This document shows, piece by piece, positions 12,741-25,099 of a stretch of DNA of 64,000 nucleotides. A program made the position numbers and the translations under genes. Each line of letters opens with the position of its first letter. The first letter of the stretch is position 1. Under the pieces are notes generated by a model. The model was not told where the DNA came from and did not search any database. It saw only the letters and a program-made list of their open reading frames with translations. Origin of the DNA: Lama guanicoe (taxonomy: Eukaryota); NCBI GenBank assembly GCA_013239625.1, contig MU054187.1, forward strand, positions 22,633,280 through 22,697,279, read 5' to 3'.

Positions 12741-13403
12741 TTTTGATGCTAGTTATTTTATTTTATTTTTTTAATTGAAGTACAGTCAATTACAATGTGT
12801 CAATTTCTGGTGTACAGCACAGTGTCCCAGTCATGCATATACATACGTATATTTGTTTTCATCTTCTTTTTCATTAAAGGTTATTATAAGATATGGAATA
12901 TAGTTCCCCTGCGCCATACAGAAGACATTTGATTTTAGTCTACTTTTATATATAGTGGCTAACATTTGAAAATTTCAAACTCCCAAATTTATCCCTTCCC
13001 ACCTTCTTTCCCTGGTAACCATAAGATTATTTACTATGTCTGTGAGTCTGTTTCTATTTTGAGGAATCTCCATACTGTTTTCCACAACAGCTGCACCAAA
13101 TCACATTCCCACCAGCAGTGCAGGAGGGTTGCCTTTTCCCCACACCCTCTCCAGCATTTATCGTTTGTGGACTTTTGAATGATGGCGTTTCTGACTGGTG
13201 TGAGGTGATACCTCATTGTAGTTTTGATTTGCATTTCTCTGATAATAATGATATTGAGCATTGTTTTCATGAGCTTATTGGCCGTTTGTACGCCTTCATT
13301 GGAGAATTGTTCGTTTAGGTCTTCTTTCATTTTTGGGTTGGGTTGGTTTTTTTGTTTGTTTGTTTGTTTGTTTGCTATTAAGTTGTATGGGCTGTTTATA
13401 TAT
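12741..13403 (-). mobile_element. 5'-truncated L1 with internal deletion and clear TSD
   Basis: TSD tccccaactcaatacttttt at 12721-12740 and 13404-13423. Track ORF 13034-13330 is L1 ORF2 ([17 protein letters not shown]...[17 protein letters not shown]). Confidence 0.92.
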
Positions 13404-15312
13404 TCCCCAACTCAATACTTTTTGAGTGGGCCTTCTTAACTACCTCGATCCATCTCAGTTCTAGGTTTCAGTAAATTTATCATGGAAGACACTGAATGTG
13501 GAGGGGAACTGTCTCATTACAAGATCAACTCCTCAGACAGAGGAGCCCACAAACAGCTTTGGGGGCAGAGCTGGCGTGCAATGATGCTGGAAGCCAGGAC
13601 CGCACCTGCCTGGGTGGGTGGAGGATGAGTGAGAGCTCCCAGGCCCAGCTGGGTGTCCCCGGGGCTGCAGAAGGCATCTGTCCAATGGGCTCCCTACAGG
13701 CAGGAAGCGCAGGGACAGGAAGAAGGTGGAAGGGGACCACGGTACAGCCAGGCTGAGGAAGGCACATCCAGGGGTGACCCTAGGAAAATGAGATGCATCC
13801 ACACCGGGACCAAGGAGACTGCAAGACTAAGGGGCCTCGCTGCCTGGAACTTCAAAGACTTAGCGCCCTAGAAAGTCCAACTAGCCAGATGAGAAAGGGC
13901 TGGGCTGTGTACCCCTCATGCCCCCAACACACACACACACACAGGGCACTATCATAGTGGCAGGGCTTAGAAACAACAACAAAACAAGAAGATAAACTCT
14001 TCACACAGGTATTACACAATAGGAGCTCAGTGATGTCAGTTAAATGATAAGAAAGAGTAAGCGAATGGTTACGCAGACCTAGACCCACTGAAATAAGAAC
14101 ACAGGAAGACAGTACCTGTGAGCACGTGTGTGTGATCTCCTCCCAGACCCCTGCTGTCATGCCGCCAGCTGCCTTTCATCTCTCTTCTGGCCCGCTGAAT
14201 TCTGCTGTTCTGATGTGTTTTTGTTACACTTAAAGGGTGTCTAAGCGTCTTTTTTTTTTTTTTTTCCATCAGCGTCCGAACTGAGGCACCTAGGGGACTC
14301 TGAGTTAATGCCTTCATCTGTGCTGGTCTCATCTTCTTCATTGTAAAACGGAGGGAGTAAGTTGTCCTGTTTCCCTAGCCCCGTGGTATGGAAATTCCGA
14401 TGCCTTCTTCACCCCATCTAAAGCCACGATTCCCATGACACCCTTGCTTGGTTTTTTGCCCTTTCTTTTGACTATCTATGTGTAAGAGATTGAGTCTAGG
14501 GATTTGCTAAGAGGTTTGTGCACGTTGGGAGATTTATGTCAGAAAATAAATAAATTAGGGGGTCTGTCGATAAAGGGACACTGACATTGGGAACCTTTCT
14601 GGGCACCACCTAACTTTAACTTCTTATGTTTTCCTTTTGAGCTAAGTAAGCCCTTTCCTACTTTGTAAAATTTCATAGTCGAATGAAGGATGCCGTCTAC
14701 TTAGTATAAATGAAAATGACTTCTTATCTGCTACTGAAATGAACAGCCATTGTTATTCTAATGAGGATTAATGGAATAGTAATAAACTTGACTCTTATTT
14801 TAAATGTTCACAGTGCTCCACTTATGCCCCACGGTTGCTGCATAATTCTAACTAGGACAACGTTTCCAAGTCCGGTGATCTCATGAGCAACCTTCAATTT
14901 ATAGGTCATCAGAAACCATCTCAAAGGTTAACCAGAAAAACACTTTAAGCTTACGAGGTCAAAGGGTAATACGAAGCAATAGAAAGGGCAAGTGATGTTC
15001 AAAAACTGTGAGGAAAACGTAAGCATGTTAATAACTGTCATTTGCAAATTATGTTTGTGTGTGTATATATAATATACATATTATATATACACTGCTTTTC
15101 AAGGCATTTTCTTTCTAAAGATGTGTCCCCAGCAGCTGGTAACAGGATTATTGGAGCTTTGGTTTTGAGCGAGAACCCTCCTGTCTAAAGGAGCAGAGTA
15201 TGTGGGCTAAATGATACAAGAGCTGTGAAATGTATTGAAACTTGCTTTTTGGCCTTAAAAATGACCACTTTTTGTCATCTTTCCATGAGTGGTTAAGAAG
15301 AATGAGTGGTTT

Positions 15313-16255
15313 CTTTTTCCAAAGAGGAAATGCAGACGGGCTACAGACACATGAAGAGATGCTCCACATTGCTGATTATCAGGGAAATGCAAATCAAAGC
15401 CACAATGAGCTGTCATCACACCTGTCGGAATGGCTATCGTCAAAAAGAACACAAATAAGAAATGTCGGCGAGGATGTGGAGAAAAGGGAACCCTTGTACA
15501 CTGCTGGTGGGAATGTAAATTGGCGCAGCCACAGTGGAAAAAGGTATGGTGGTTTCTCAAAAAACTAAAAATAGAACTACCATATGACCCAGCAGTTCCA
15601 CTCTTGGGCATATATCCAAAAAAATCAAAACACTTTTTAAAAAGTTACATGTGGCTCTCTCTCTTGCCTTCTGAGAGGGCCCACACTCTGCCTGCGGAGT
15701 GTGTATCTCCTAAGCCTCTTTCCCTTCTGAGTGAGACAGACCCCACTCTGTCTATGGAGCGTGTCTCTGTCTAACTAAACTTGCTTTCAATAAAAAAAGT
15801 TACATGCACCCCAATGTTCATGGTAGCATATTTACAATTGCCAAGGAAAGAAGCTACCTAAGTGTCCATCAACAGAAGAATGGATAAAAAAGATGTGCTC
15901 TATCTATCTATCTACACAATGGAATACTACTCAGTCATAAAACAGAATGAAAATCTTGTCATTTGCAGCAACATGAATGTAACAAAATAGAAGAAGATTC
16001 ACAGATACAGAGAACAAACTAGTGGTTACCAGTGGGGAGAGGGAAAGGAGGAGGGGCAATACAGGGGAAGGGAATTAAGAAATACAAACTATAGATATAA
16101 AATAAGCTACAGAATATATTGCACAGGATGGGGAATATAGGCAATATTTTACAATAACTATAAATGGAGCATAACCTTTAAAAATTGTGACTCACTATAA
16201 TGTACACCTGTAACTTACACTGTACAGCAACTATAATGCAATAAAAATTTACAAA
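15313..16255 (+). mobile_element. 5'-truncated L1 with TSD, carrying a nested insertion
   Basis: TSD aagaatgagtggttt at 15298-15312 and 16256-16270. ORF2 zinc-knuckle remnant [32 protein letters not shown]. Confidence 0.92.
15652..15793 (+). mobile_element. Nested retroposed fragment of about 140 bp (LTR R-region-like) with 13 bp TSD
   Basis: Flanked by aaaaagttacatg at 15639-15651 and 15794-15806. It interrupts L1 ORF2 and ends in an A run. Confidence 0.75.
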
Positions 16256-17479
16256 AAGAATGAGTGGTTTATAATTCTTGGGTACAAGGTCCCATTTGTA
16301 TCTGTTAAATCAAGCTTGTTAATTGGGCCTCAAATCTTTTATATCTTCACTAATTGTCTTTGGTTGCTTGATTGATCAATCGTTATGTGCCGATGTCTCA
16401 CACTTTGATGGTGTATTTGCCTATTTCTCTTCCTTTCACTAATTTTTGATTTATGAATTTCTTTGGTTCATCAGAAGTATTTTATTAGGTGCATACACAT
16501 TTAGAATTGGGAAATATTAATGGTGAGTTGAAACTTTTACTATTATTTTAGTGACCTTATCATTTCCCTAAAATGATTTTTTGTTTTAAAGTTAATTTTG
16601 ACTAATATTATTTGGCAATCTCTTCTAGTTGGTGAATTTAGTCCATATTAATTTATTCTGCTTACTAATACACTTTACGTTAGTTTCTGCTATCTGACCC
16701 CTTTTTCCCCCTTCTACTGACTAAGACGTTTTCTCTCCATTTCTGGTCCCTAGTGGTTATCTTCCCACCTTACTCCAGCTTCGGTACACGCTTCTGTTTT
16801 TCAGACTTCCGAGATTCTTTTTACTTTCTAGAGAATTAAGCAATCATTGAAAACTATCATAATTACAATTTATCTAGAAACATATCTTATAACAAGTAAT
16901 TACAATAAGTAATATAACAAAAATGACAAGTAATTTATCTTCATGTGTTTCAGAGAGAATACTTTGGATATCGGGGCTGCAGATGGAATTAAACGTCTAA
17001 AATACTTGCACCCTTTAGCTTAAGTTTCTTATGGGTTGAAGCTGAGATTCTTTTCTTCTTGTTATAGTACAGATTTGGTTGTTCCTTTCTTTTTTCTCTA
17101 CTCTCTCTCCCCTTTCCTGCCTTCTTTAAATACCCAACATATACTGAGTGTATGTTACATACTTAACAATGTTCTAGGCACCAGGAATGAGATATATTCT
17201 CTAGCAATGCTGCAGAGTGGCACTGAGGTGTGAAAAGAGAAACAGCTCCACTTTTGCTGGATGGCAACTATACATTATTTTGCTGATCTGATAAAAGCAG
17301 TTAGCAGACTCCTGCATCTAATGATATTGAATTGCACACTTCTAGGCAACATTTAATATAGTTGGCATCTTACTCAGTTTTCTGCATAAATTAGTTACTT
17401 ATTTTAAACTAAGTACATACTTAAGTTAATTCATATTTTAAAGGGAATTACTTATAGATTTTCATTATAAACTTTCTTC

Positions 17480-17500
17480 TGTGTGTGTGTGTGTGTGTGT
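17480..17500. repeat. (TG)n microsatellite, about 10 units
   Basis: Read directly. Confidence 0.9.
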
Positions 17501-18401
17501 TTTCCCAATCCATGGACCTTCTGACTTAAATTTTAAAAATCAGTTCTGGTTAAAAAGTTCAAAAAAATGTTATTACAAGCCCTCATTCACATCCTAGTCA
17601 GCCGAGCTGGTGTGTAATTTTGTGCGGTATCGTCAATCCCTTTGCTCTGTCCTATAATTGCTTTCCTTTCCAAGGCTGCTGTGAGTTGCCCTTCAAAGTC
17701 CTGCTGGGACCTGCTATTTTCCAGTAAGGACATCGCCTTATCATATGCTCAGTGCCATTTTATTGGAGCAGAAAGTTAGCAGAGGCTACTTTATGCCAGG
17801 CCGTTGCATCTACCAAAAGAAAACTTCGCTATTCAATAGCTCAGTGGCCATGACTGAGTCCCGATTCCACTGGACTAACATTTCCAAATGATCTCTTTTA
17901 TTCTTGAGGTACCTGCATATCTAAGTGTCAAGTTTAATTTATGATCCTTGTTACTCTCTAAGTGTTTAATTGAGTTAGTGGTTATAGCTGGCTCAGAAAC
18001 CCATAAAACCCTTCAGCAGTAAACTGATTAGCCACCCCACCCGCCCTGCAAATAATGAACATTGTTCATTGCTAACAAGCAGCATTGGAGTTATTAAAAG
18101 TTACCTGACCATGCCGTTGTCCAAAGCAGAGGCTTTCAAACTTTTTTGATCATGATCCGGAGTAAGGAATGCGTTTTCCAGGTCAGCCCAGGATACACAC
18201 GCCCATCCCTACCAAGTGGGACGGACTCTGACATTTTCTGTTCTGTTCTCTATTCTACCCTCCTTCATTTAACAACATACTAACCTACTAAGGAGTTTTG
18301 ACTGCCCGTTAATGGACTGTGATTTACCGTTTCAAAACTACTCCCATTGAAATGGAAAGTTACGAGGAATCAGCAAAGTTTCCTTCAAAACGAGAACTCA
18401 C

Positions 18402-18524
18402 TTGTTTCCTTCACCATCATATACCCATCGAGTACTTCCGATGCCTTCGTAGTCTGAAGCCCAATAATACAGGCAGGCATTAATGTGCAGAGTAAACAGC
18501 AAGTATCCAGTTGTCCGAATGACT
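18402..18524 (-). CDS. CNGB3: CNGB3 exon 10 (S5)
   Basis: tgacAG|AGTCATTCGG...GGAAACAA|GTGAGT. 123 nt, [40 protein letters not shown](K). Confidence 0.98.
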
Positions 18525-19269
18525 CTGTCAAGGACAATAAATGCAAAGTAAGGCTCATGTTGTTTCTGGAATACGGCCGATGTTAACGTTTTCTTTTCCT
18601 GAAACTCTGTGGAATCTCCTTGCTTTAAATTTGTGAGCTGTTAGCTCTCATTAGTATGGCAGAAAATGATGGTGCCATCACATGGGTTCTGATTGCAATG
18701 TCTTGACTGGGACTGACAGAGTGGAAAAAAAATTTTTTGTTTTCTTTTCACAGATGGTATGAGTCAACTCCCTGAAAGACATGCCTCCAGGGTCACCTTT
18801 CCACTCTTGAGTCCCATAAAATACACCACGCTGACTTCACTGGATGTCTCTGAAAAGCTCAAGGGACTTCAGGCTACGATTAACTGTAACTGGAGGTCTC
18901 TAGGCAAGTTAAGTTCAGAACAGCAAAGGAATGAAAATTCAGATTAGAATGAATTGTCATGAGAGAGATGTAAATTCAGCTTATGAAGAAAGAGCATGTT
19001 TCTCTGTCCTGGTTCTGACTGAAGCAGGTAATATGTCCTCTTTTTCAGTCCTATATTTTTCTAAAATCTAATGAAATTTTCATACTTTTGTCTTGCTTCA
19101 AAATGTTCAAATCTGTTTTAGCACATAACCCAATATTTTTTATTGCCCCAAATCTGAGATGATTCCCTTCTTTTTTCACAGGAAGTCATATTCTTCCCCA
19201 TCTGCTGTCTAAAATGTTGTGTTATTGTGTCTCTCCCATACCCCTGAAGTACACCGAATTAGACTTTAC

Positions 19270-19334
19270 CTGTAGATGTATGCCTTGTTCATTATAGACT
19301 CCAGGTGATGGTTAAACTCAAAAAATGAAGTATA
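19270..19334 (-). CDS. CNGB3: CNGB3 exon 9
   Basis: ccatAG|TATACTTC...CTACAG|GTAAAG. 65 nt, YTSFFEFNHHLESIMNKAYIY(R). Confidence 0.97.
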
Positions 19335-20034
19335 CTATGGAAAACAAGCAAAAAATCCCAAAGTGTGTTAGTCTTAAATACATCTATTTAAATATAACAA
19401 TATAAAGTAGATTTTATTTGTTACTGAAAATAATTCTACTCATGTCTTTAAGAAAAAACTAAGGTCCGTTTAGTGGTATTTTTCTCTGGGCAGTGTATTT
19501 TAGCAAGGTGCCAGATTTCCAGAGCTTCTTGCTTTATTTTATTTCTACCTTCTAGTTATAGTCTTGTTTGTAATGCTTGTTGAAATCAAGCTTAAAAGCA
19601 TTTCTTTCCTTTTTCTTTTTAAAGCATAAAGTAGCATATTTTATTTTACAGTAATTAAAATCACACTCCCACCAAAAACATAAGTAAAATAGGAAAAGAA
19701 TAATACATTGACGTCATAAATAGGAGTTAAGTCCTGTTACTCAACACTAACATTATTTTTAAGCAAGTTGCATTAAACATGTTTTAATTCAACAAAACTT
19801 AAAGTCCAGTAAACATTAGCATTGGTTATCTTTTTTTCGACATTGTTCAAAGGGCCAGTGAGTTTATATGCATTCAATCCTAACAAAGTAGCTATTTGTC
19901 TCAAGGTTTCTTTTCTGTCTCTACTATATCTACCTGCATCTCAACTCATCCTCCCTGCACTCACTGCTACCCACCTCTTCCTCTTTTTAATCTATAGACC
20001 ACAAAAGGCAAGAGCAAGAGCATGAAATCCAGAG

Positions 20035-20215
20035 CCAAATACCAGTCTCATCGCTGACATTTACTAACTGTGTGACCTTGGAAAAGTCACTTAATATGTT
20101 TGTACCTTGCTTTCTTCATCTGTAAAATGGGAACAATAAGAGAGCGTGCTTCCTAAGCGGGTTGCGTGCAAAGATGAGTTAATGCATTTGATTATATACT
20201 GTGCTTGGACTCATA
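20035..20215 (+). mobile_element. MIR SINE fragment
   Basis: tttactaactgtgtgaccttggaaaagtcacttaat...tttcttcatctgtaaaatggga, MIR core. Confidence 0.8.
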
Positions 20216-22435
20216 GGATCTCACAGACAGAAGAGGCCATTAGATATTACAGATTATTTAGTTCCAAATTTCATCCAGTGTAGCTATGGCTGTACAATTT
20301 CTTGTATTTGAAATTAAAAAGCACCTATAATCGCAATGACTATTTAACTAGAAATATGCACAAATGATTTGTTTTCCCCGAATTCCCGAGTGGGGAAAAA
20401 TCCCTTAAACATTCAGATTTAGATAATTTCAATTTGTGGGAACTTGATATTGTGCTCTCAATAGACAGTTGTGCAAAGGCATGTTTCAAAATTTAGCTTA
20501 AAATATTCACTGTAGAGGAAATTTATATTCTTCATTTGTTTGCTCATATATAATTTGGTTACAGACAAATGATATTTTTTTCCTAGAGAATTGTGCATTA
20601 AAGTGACACACTTCTATGTGAAATGGCTGGACAACGAGGCTGTGAAAAGATTAATGTTGGCTTTCAGGATCTCCTCCATTTTAAAAAAAACTACTGAATA
20701 TCGTGGGCTTTTGGATACCACAGGGATACCAAAAGGGGGTGTGAAGAGGCGACACTTTATGAGCTTTTATTATAATACCAGCCAAACCCAAACTCATCGG
20801 AACCTGATCCCCTCTGAAAGTTGGCTGTCTCTGAGCAGGGGGCTCCTGAAACATCCATTAGACACCAGACATTTTGAAAAAATTATTGTTATTTTTTAAC
20901 ACCTATATTGTGACCCTAGAAATTTGATGACGGACCGTCAGCCACTAAGCTGCTTGGAACGTTAAGTTCTCCTCCGTCTAGACTCACATCCAGTGGTCAA
21001 ACCAGGGTCTTCAGGGCTGTCTTGAATGTCTGAGAATATAAAGTAAGGTCCTCCCTGACTTGGAAAAATCATGGGCGCAGAAGGAAAGCCCTTTCAGCTG
21101 GAAGTTTATTTGCCCATCTGATTGTAGTAAAGAATTTTGAGTCAGAAAAATATGTGATAGTTTCCATACACTGCCACTCACCAGCAGCGTCTGGACAGAT
21201 TATTTTTTACTCTGCTAGTTCTCATTTTCCTCACCTCTAAGATGGGGTTGTTTAGAGGAATAAATGAGGTAATGTATATAAAGTTAACAAAATACGTAGC
21301 CCCGAGCGTGTGGTCAGCTAATGGCAGCTGTCGTGTCCTCAGGGTCCACCCGGATGTCCAGGTTCCGCCATCTTGCCTTCCCAAGGTGTGACAGAGATCA
21401 CCTCCTAAAACTGATACATCTTTGGTGTTCCTTTAAGAAGGTTGTCTTTGGACACGCAAGCTATCTGCTATTATTAAAGATTTATACACAATTTCACATC
21501 CTGACGCTCCTCAGATTCATTTTAGGTACCTGATAATACTATGAGTTATAAAATATTTCTGTTTTAGAATCTTTTTGAATGGGTAATACATTCACGTAGT
21601 CCAAAAGCAATAGGAAATAAAGACCATCAAAGTTCTTTTCTCTTATTCCTGCCCCAATCCACCTTGACTTCCCCTCTGGCCTCCCATACGCTCCTCAGTT
21701 AACCATTTTCATTGGATTTTTGGGGTAGTATTCCACTGTTTATGCAATACAGAAAAATAGAATATTTTCTCCTTTCTGAAACAAAAGTTAGTATTGTCCT
21801 ATCAACTGTTCAGGAACTGGCTTTTTTTTTTTTTAACTTAGCAGTTTATCTTGGAGGTCTTTCCCTATCAGTTCACAGAAAACTTCCTCGTATTTACTTT
21901 TTTGCATTACAAAGTATTCTATTGAATAGATGTACTGCGATTTATTTAACTAGTTTCCTCTTGCTGGACATTTGAGCTGCATCTAAGTATGTAAGTAATT
22001 TTGCTATGCAAAAATGTGCTTGCCTTTTATCTACAATTATAGAACTTCAGATGAGCGAGATAACTTAGATTTCATTTTATAGCCAGAATTCCAGGTATTC
22101 AGCAACTGTCTAATAAAAAATAAGTGGAAAATAATACCATGATAAAATATTAAATTGTACTTATAGCTGTATTTAGAAATACAAAAGCATTCCTATTTTG
22201 AGTTATAAAAAATGCCTGTTATGGATACAGAATCAAAACAACCAAGAGCAACTTCCATCATAGAAGCCATGATGTTTTTCCTTCATTCAGTTTTTACAAT
22301 TCATAACACTGAAGAGGGCAGAAAAATAGATGACAGTTTGGGAATAATTAAGCATGTAATACTTTTAGGCTATTTTAGATTGTATCAAGATTTCCATTAT
22401 TATAACAAGAAGACAATGAAATACAGTTACCTTAC

Positions 22436-22522
22436 CTTTAACATCCTATTTATCCTGAATATTGGATTAAACCCAAAGAAGAGGTAGAAAACATCAAATG
22501 GCATTATTGATGCGACATCCAA
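22436..22522 (-). CDS. CNGB3: CNGB3 exon 8 (S3-S4)
   Basis: ccaacAG|TTGGATGT...TTAAAG|GTAAGG. 87 nt, [29 protein letters not shown]. Confidence 0.97.
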
Positions 22523-25001
22523 CTGTTGGAAGAACACATTCACAATTATGTTGTGTTTATATGCTCTTGTGGACATGACTTGATATGTACCAATGTATGT
22601 CAAGTTGACCAGTCACCATGAATTAATATTGTTTAATACAAAATCTCCTTCAGTTAGATATGCATGGTGTCGCTGGAAGGTGTGTCAGCACCACGAACAC
22701 AAGAACACTGTTTCGTAGCCTACTTCCCAGGAATTTTGTTTCCGACTTCATGCATCTCATCTCTCCTTGGGCACTGTGTTTTCTGGGATTTCTGTTGAGC
22801 TGTCACATATATGGCAGAGATGGCATGGTTGCTAATGTTAAAATACATTTTAGTAGTGTTTTAAATGTAGGGTTTTTAGACTGAAAATCAAGTCCATTCT
22901 TGATTTTATTTAAAACCATTGGACGTTCATTGTAGTGATATATTTTTATGTTTCAGTGAATTCTCCAGAGTTCAGGGCTGAATGGTGGTGGTTCATCCAG
23001 ATTCTCCAGTTCTTTCAACTGCTGTCTACTTTGGGTCATATTGCTAACAATAGCCAGCTGTGGATGTGTCTCTCAGAGACTGCAGGCTAAGAGAGAGGAG
23101 AGGAAAGAAACCAGTCCTATTTACAATGTACCAGCAGCTCCGATGGGAGAAGGTACTGAAAGATATCTATTTTTAATTTGTCATGTTTTTAAATTATTCT
23201 GGCCTTCTGTTATCTGGTAATTGTGAAATGACAACAACACACTTGCATACTTTCCTGATTGCAATGATAACAATAAAAATTCTCTTCTGTAAGGTAATTA
23301 TTCATTTTCATTAATTTTTTTATGTTGCCTTGAAAAACAGGGTGCATTAAAAAAGCATTTAATTTATTTAAGACAATTAAGAGCAGTTAAGAGTTTTCTG
23401 TAAGGCCACACATATGAAATGCAAAGTTGAGGCAATTGATTGTGCGCCAGAATTTCAAAGCCTCGTGCTGTTGAAAAGAAATGGCACCTTCAGTTTGAAT
23501 GAACCAGACTGGCTATTATAGAGAAATTACTTACTAGAAGTATTGGCTTTAGAACTGCATACTATGATCAGACCTCACTGACTTTACCCTACGGGCATTG
23601 AGCCTCATACCAAGTTAAGAGGTGCACAGAACAGTTGCTAAGATAATGTCTAATGAATAGTGAGGCAGCAACACAGAACTGTAGACTTGTCCAGTGCTAT
23701 TCCAGCATCCAGTCACTCAACTGCCCACTTGACTTTTCCATTCTACGAAGGCAGTCATTAGTTGGGTCATGAGCCTGGATTTGTGTAGCTAGAGGTGATT
23801 TATTTCCCATTGAATTGTAGAAAATTGAATTAAGTACTGACCAACACTGCACTCTGCACAAGGCACTTTGCAAAGCATGTTGGGGTGGAAATAAGAGTAA
23901 GGTATTGTTTCTGTTCACAAGAAATGAACAATCTAATGGTGAAATAACCAAGCACAAAAATAACCACAATCCACTGCCATAAGACAAGCAGGATGTGCTA
24001 AGGAAATTCAAAGGAGAAGTGACCGCAATTAAATAAATGTAAAAGTTTACATTTACCTACCAAACTGGATATATGAGTTAATTTGCCGTTATTCAGATTT
24101 AAGAAAGTGATTAAGCGTTTGGAATGAGCTTTGTGGCACTTACAAAGAATAGTCCTTCCCTTTGTAGAGTTCATCAAAGTAGTGTAGATCTTTTATGAAT
24201 ATGTCTAAGTATGTGGCAATTTTTTTACAAAGAAAATTCGTTGGAGAGAAAAATACATTGAAAGGAATTTTAATAACCATAGATCGCCAATAGGGACAGT
24301 TTGGCATCTAAACCCAGATTTGCATTTTTGACAAAAACCTGAGGCTCCTAAAGTGTTGTCCTTGAAATGAGAGGTCGGAGTTCACTCATACAGATTGGGA
24401 AACCTTGGATAACCCTCAAATCTCTGCCTATTTCTCAGGGTTAGGGGGAACAATGAAAGATCATAAAGTACTTCGTAAAGAATTATGGGTGAAAAAAACA
24501 TATACTCGGTGAAAAAATAAGATTATATTGTTAACTGAGAAAAGGAAGATGCCATGTTATCTAAATAATTGCTTCTTTTCTATTTTTTATTTTGCTCATA
24601 TGAACACTAAAGAAATAGGAGTAGAAACAGCTTTGTGGACTTTTGTATCATTATGCTACTTGAATTGGAGGCTAGAATTCTGTATGGACAAGACAAAGTA
24701 TACCCATACTTCTTTATTGACATTTAAATTGGAATTTAAATGTGGGCACAAAGATTTTGTTCTGTCTAATAAAGACCCAGATGTTGAAGTACACATGCAC
24801 ACATACAAGGACATATATCGTGTAATTATCGAGAAGCAAAAACTATGTCTAATAAAGCTTAATCTGTACAAACTTTGTTACAAAGGTTATAATCCTGAAG
24901 GGGAGCAGTTTTTTTTTTTTCTGGTAGAAATTTATAGATGGGATTTAAAGTCAAAATGGTAATGGATCACTTAAACAATTTCGGAATTGTAAGTTACCTA
25001 C

Positions 25002-25052
25002 CTGAAACTTTGTGGAACTCCTGTAGTGTCTCTTTAATTCATTTGAATCCAC
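25002..25052 (-). CDS. CNGB3: CNGB3 exon 7
   Basis: tttcAG|GTGGATTC...TTTCAG|GTAGGT. 51 nt, VDSNELKRHYRSSTKFQ. Confidence 0.95.
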
Positions 25053-25099
25053 CTGAAATGTTATATTTATATTTCATATTAATTTTAGCCAATTTCATT

